A stretch of 64,000 nucleotides of DNA from Phycisphaerae bacterium. GTDB taxonomy: Bacteria; Planctomycetota; Phycisphaerae; SM23-33. Under the pieces are notes generated by a model. It worked only from the letters and a program-made list of their open reading frames with translations, was not told the origin of the DNA and did no database searches. How positions within the stretch are numbered: position 1 is the stretch's first letter; each line of letters opens with the position of its first letter. The position numbers were made by a program, and so were the translations under genes. Shown here in pieces: positions 60,962 through 64,000 of the stretch. The stretch spans positions 2,313 to 66,312 of the forward strand of contig JADHXQ010000007.1 of the NCBI GenBank assembly GCA_016782885.1, written 5' to 3'.

Positions 60962-63900
60962 ATGAAACGAATCTGTGGAAGTTTGATCGTATGTCTCGCA
61001 GCGGTTCTCTGTTCGGCGGCGGAATTATCGCCCGAGGCGGCCCTGAAAGAATGCGGCGTAAAAGGCGGACTGGTGGTGCATCTCGGCTGCGGCGACGGAA
61101 AGTTGACCGTCGCGTTGCGAGCCAACAACAGCTACCTCGTTCACGGTTTGGACTCAGACGCCAGGAACATCGCCGCCGCCCGCGAGCGTGCCGCAGAGGC
61201 GAAGTTGGAGGGCAAGGTCACATTCGACGTGCTGCGGTCGGATTCGCTTCCGTACATCGATAACCTGGTGAACCTGATTGTGGCGGAGGATCTCGGTAAG
61301 ATATCGACCGCCGAGGCAATGCGCGCCCTCCGCCCCGGCGGCGTGCTATACGTCCGCAAAGGCGACAAGTGGACCGCGACAGTCAAACCCCGTCCAAAAG
61401 AGATCGATGAGTGGACTCACTTCCTGCACGGCCCGTCGGGTAATGCGGTGTCCAACGATACGGTTGTGGCCCCGCCGCGACACATGCAATGGCTGGCGGC
61501 GCCCATCTGGTCAAGAAACCACCACAAACTCGCCAGCATCTCTTCGATAGTCACCAAAGACGGGCGTCTGTTTTACATCATGGACTCCGGCACGTCGGCG
61601 AACATGAGCGTGGTGGGCAAGTGGTCGCTGGTCGCCCGCGACGCCTTCAACGGCGTGCGCCTCTGGAGCAAACCGATGTCCAACTGGGCCCACCAGGGAC
61701 ACGGGTTCAGGAACGGTCCGGTGCAACTGCCCCGTACTCTGGTGGTCGGTGCAAAGTGCGTTTACGCCCCGCTCGAGATGAGCGCAGCGGTCTCGGCGGT
61801 GGACGTGGTTACAGGCGAAGTTCGCCAAACGTACAAAGAAACCGCCGGCGCCGAGGAACTGCTGCTGATCGATGGAGTGCTTCTGGTCGTCAGCGGGGCT
61901 CCGCTGGCTGAGCAGGCGGGAATCGACCCGTCCATGAAGAGCGGCTTCAAGTTCCCCAACGTCAAGACGATCCGGGCAATCCGCGCCGAAACGGGCAAAC
62001 TGCTCTGGAAATGGTCCGACGCCGAAGCCGGAACCCTCATGCCCCTTACTCTCGCGGCTGCGGACAATCGCGTTTTCTTCGAGTCCGGAAGCAACACAGT
62101 ATGCCTGGACCTTAACAGCGGAAAGCAAATCTGGGCCACGGACCACACCAAAACCGTTAACGCCAACGAAAAGAAGAAGAAAGGCGGAAAGTCCAAAAAC
62201 CAAAGACGAATCGGCTGGTCCCTTGCAGCACTGACCGTAAGCGACGGCGTGGTGCTGCTCGCTGACGGTGGACGCATGCAGGCCTACTCATCCGCAGACG
62301 GTAAACCCCTCTGGCACAACCAGGCCCATCTCGGACTCTGCCGCTCTCCCTCTGAAATGTTCGTCATCGACTCGCTTGTCTGGCAGGGTCCGCACTTCAA
62401 GGAGGGACGCGATCTCCACACCGGTAAAATAAAAAAAGCCAACACCGCCACACAAGACATCTGGACCGCGGGACACCACCACCGCTGCTATCGCGAAAAA
62501 GCCACCTCCCGCTACATCCTGACCGGCTATCGCGGGATCGAATTCCTGGACATCGCCGGAAACAACCACACGCGGAACAACTGGATACGCGGAACATGCC
62601 AGTACGGTATAATGCCCGCCAACGGCCTGATCTACGCGCCGTCGCACGCCTGCGGTTGCTTCATGGAAGCCAAACTCCGCGGATTCTGGGCCGCGGCGCC
62701 CGAGCGGAAGCAAGCTCCGCCGACCCCCGCCCCGCAACTCCAGAAAGGCCCGGCGTACGGAAAGGTTTCAAAGATCCAAAACCCCAAATCGGATGATTGG
62801 CCTACTTATCGAGGTAATGTATTGCGGAGCGGTTCGACTCCCGCCAAACTGCCCGCGGCGCTGAAGAACGCATGGCGGACGGAAATCGGCGGGCGAATCA
62901 CTCCCCCGACAGTCGCCGGCGGTCTGGTTGTCGTCGCATCGATAGACACCCACCGCATCGTCGCTCTGGACGCCGCGGGCGGAAAGCAGAAATGGACATA
63001 CTCCGCCGGCGGGCGTGTCGATTCGCCGCCAACGATCCACAACGGGCTGGTCCTGTTCGGCTCGGCGGACGGATACGTTTACTGTCTCGCCGCCTTCGAC
63101 GGCCGGGAGGTCTGGCGATTCCGAGTCGCGCCCCGCGACCGCCGCACAATCGCACTGGACCAGATCGAATCGGTCTGGCCTGTGCATGGGAGCGTTCTGG
63201 TCGAAAACGGACTGGCCTACGCAACGGCCGGACGGTCGTCCTACCTCGACGGTGGGGTCTATATGGTCGCACTGGACCCTGCTACGGGCAAGAAGGTGCA
63301 TGAATCGGTCGTCCGCACCGGACACCCCAAGGTGCGAAACCGCGACGAGGCCGAAGCCGAAACCAAGATCAAGCGAAAAAGTTTCGTACAGAATGCCACC
63401 GACTACAAGACGTTCACGGATCCGGACCGGTCAGACGCGTTCTCCATGGGCGGAACCACCACCGACGTGCTCGTCAGCGACGGGATGTCGATCTACCTGC
63501 GGACCCTGCGGTTCGACCGCAGTTGCGCCCAGCAGCCCACCCACAATCGGCACATCTTCTCGACCAGCAGCCTGCTGGACGGCGCCGAAAACCACCGCTC
63601 GCACATCGCTCTCGGGACTGGCGACTTCGGCCGCACGACGGTTGCCTATTCGTGGATCGCCAACAAAGACAAGGGATCGTGGGGCGCCCGCCTGAGCGTA
63701 CCGTACGGACTGATGCTGAGCTACGACCCTGGATGCGTATGGGGCGTGAAGAGGCCCGGACGCCAGGGCAGCGGATACATTCTGTTCGCCCAGGAAAACA
63801 CGCCATTCTCGCCCGACGACAAACACATGCCGGACTTCCGCCCGCAGAACAACACAACCACCCCGCCGCAAAAATGGTCCGCGAGACTACCGCTCCGCCC

Positions 63901-64000
63901 CCGTGCAATGCTGCGGGCCGGAGATATGCTCTTCCTGGCCGGCGTTCCGGAAACACCGACACCCGGCGACCCGCATGCGACCTTCGAAGGGCGGGCCGGG
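60962..64000 (+). CDS. Methyltransferase-like plus PQQ beta-propeller protein, runs off the 3' end (absent from the ORF track)
   Basis: AAGGAAGG RBS; MKRICGSLIVCLAAVLCSA signal; GGLVVHLGCGDG, IDEWTHFLH, GHHHRCYR, WIRGTCQYGIMPANG, HACGC, DWPTYRG, IESVWPVHGSVL. Confidence 0.88.
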   Translation, partial: MKRICGSLIVCLAAVLCSAAELSPEAALKECGVKGGLVVHLGCGDGKLTVALRANNSYLVHGLDSDARNIAAARERAAEAKLEGKVTFDVLRSDSLPYIDNLVNLIVAEDLGKISTAEAMRALRPGGVLYVRKGDKWTATVKPRPKEIDEWTHFLHGPSGNAVSNDTVVAPPRHMQWLAAPIWSRNHHKLASISSIVTKDGRLFYIMDSGTSANMSVVGKWSLVARDAFNGVRLWSKPMSNWAHQGHGFRNGPVQLPRTLVVGAKCVYAPLEMSAAVSAVDVVTGEVRQTYKETAGAEELLLIDGVLLVVSGAPLAEQAGIDPSMKSGFKFPNVKTIRAIRAETGKLLWKWSDAEAGTLMPLTLAAADNRVFFESGSNTVCLDLNSGKQIWATDHTKTVNANEKKKKGGKSKNQRRIGWSLAALTVSDGVVLLADGGRMQAYSSADGKPLWHNQAHLGLCRSPSEMFVIDSLVWQGPHFKEGRDLHTGKIKKANTATQDIWTAGHHHRCYREKATSRYILTGYRGIEFLDIAGNNHTRNNWIRGTCQYGIMPANGLIYAPSHACGCFMEAKLRGFWAAAPERKQAPPTPAPQLQKGPAYGKVSKIQNPKSDDWPTYRGNVLRSGSTPAKLPAALKNAWRTEIGGRITPPTVAGGLVVVASIDTHRIVALDAAGGKQKWTYSAGGRVDSPPTIHNGLVLFGSADGYVYCLAAFDGREVWRFRVAPRDRRTIALDQIESVWPVHGSVLVENGLAYATAGRSSYLDGGVYMVALDPATGKKVHESVVRTGHPKVRNRDEAEAETKIKRKSFVQNATDYKTFTDPDRSDAFSMGGTTTDVLVSDGMSIYLRTLRFDRSCAQQPTHNRHIFSTSSLLDGAENHRSHIALGTGDFGRTTVAYSWIANKDKGSWGARLSVPYGLMLSYDPGCVWGVKRPGRQGSGYILFAQENTPFSPDDKHMPDFRPQNNTTTPPQKWSARLPLRPRAMLRAGDMLFLAGVPETPTPGDPHATFEGRAG

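Overview
GC-rich bacterial DNA, most likely Planctomycetota. This is inferred from the DUF1549/DUF1553-DUF1501-PPC cluster, the Tat-exported sulfatases, the methyltransferase/PQQ-propeller proteins and a PEP-CTERM protein. Contents in order: (1) a DUF1553-DUF1501-PPC cluster whose first gene has a >750-aa Ala/Lys repeat stalk; (2) an ammonium-assimilation locus, with a GAF-AAA+-HTH sigma54 activator divergent from amtB-glnK-porin, followed by gltBD; (3) an integron remnant with truncated intI, attI, one 2.97-kb LRR-lipoprotein cassette and attC, flanked by a diverged 97-bp direct repeat; (4) a long accessory stretch of exported carbohydrate, sulfate and phosphate enzymes (GH2, GH43, PL11, sulfatases, PhoD, SSS transporter) with several gene remnants. 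The strongest unexplained signal is that the amtB and gltB sigma54 promoters share the same enhancer layout almost to the base: two ACA-N4-TGT boxes 30 bp apart, an IHF-like core 62 bp further on, and the -24 GG another 27-28 bp on. This points to an AnfA/VnfA-like activator controlling ammonium assimilation rather than nitrogenase. No rRNA, tRNA or CRISPR array was seen. All family assignments come from motif recognition by eye, not from database searches.
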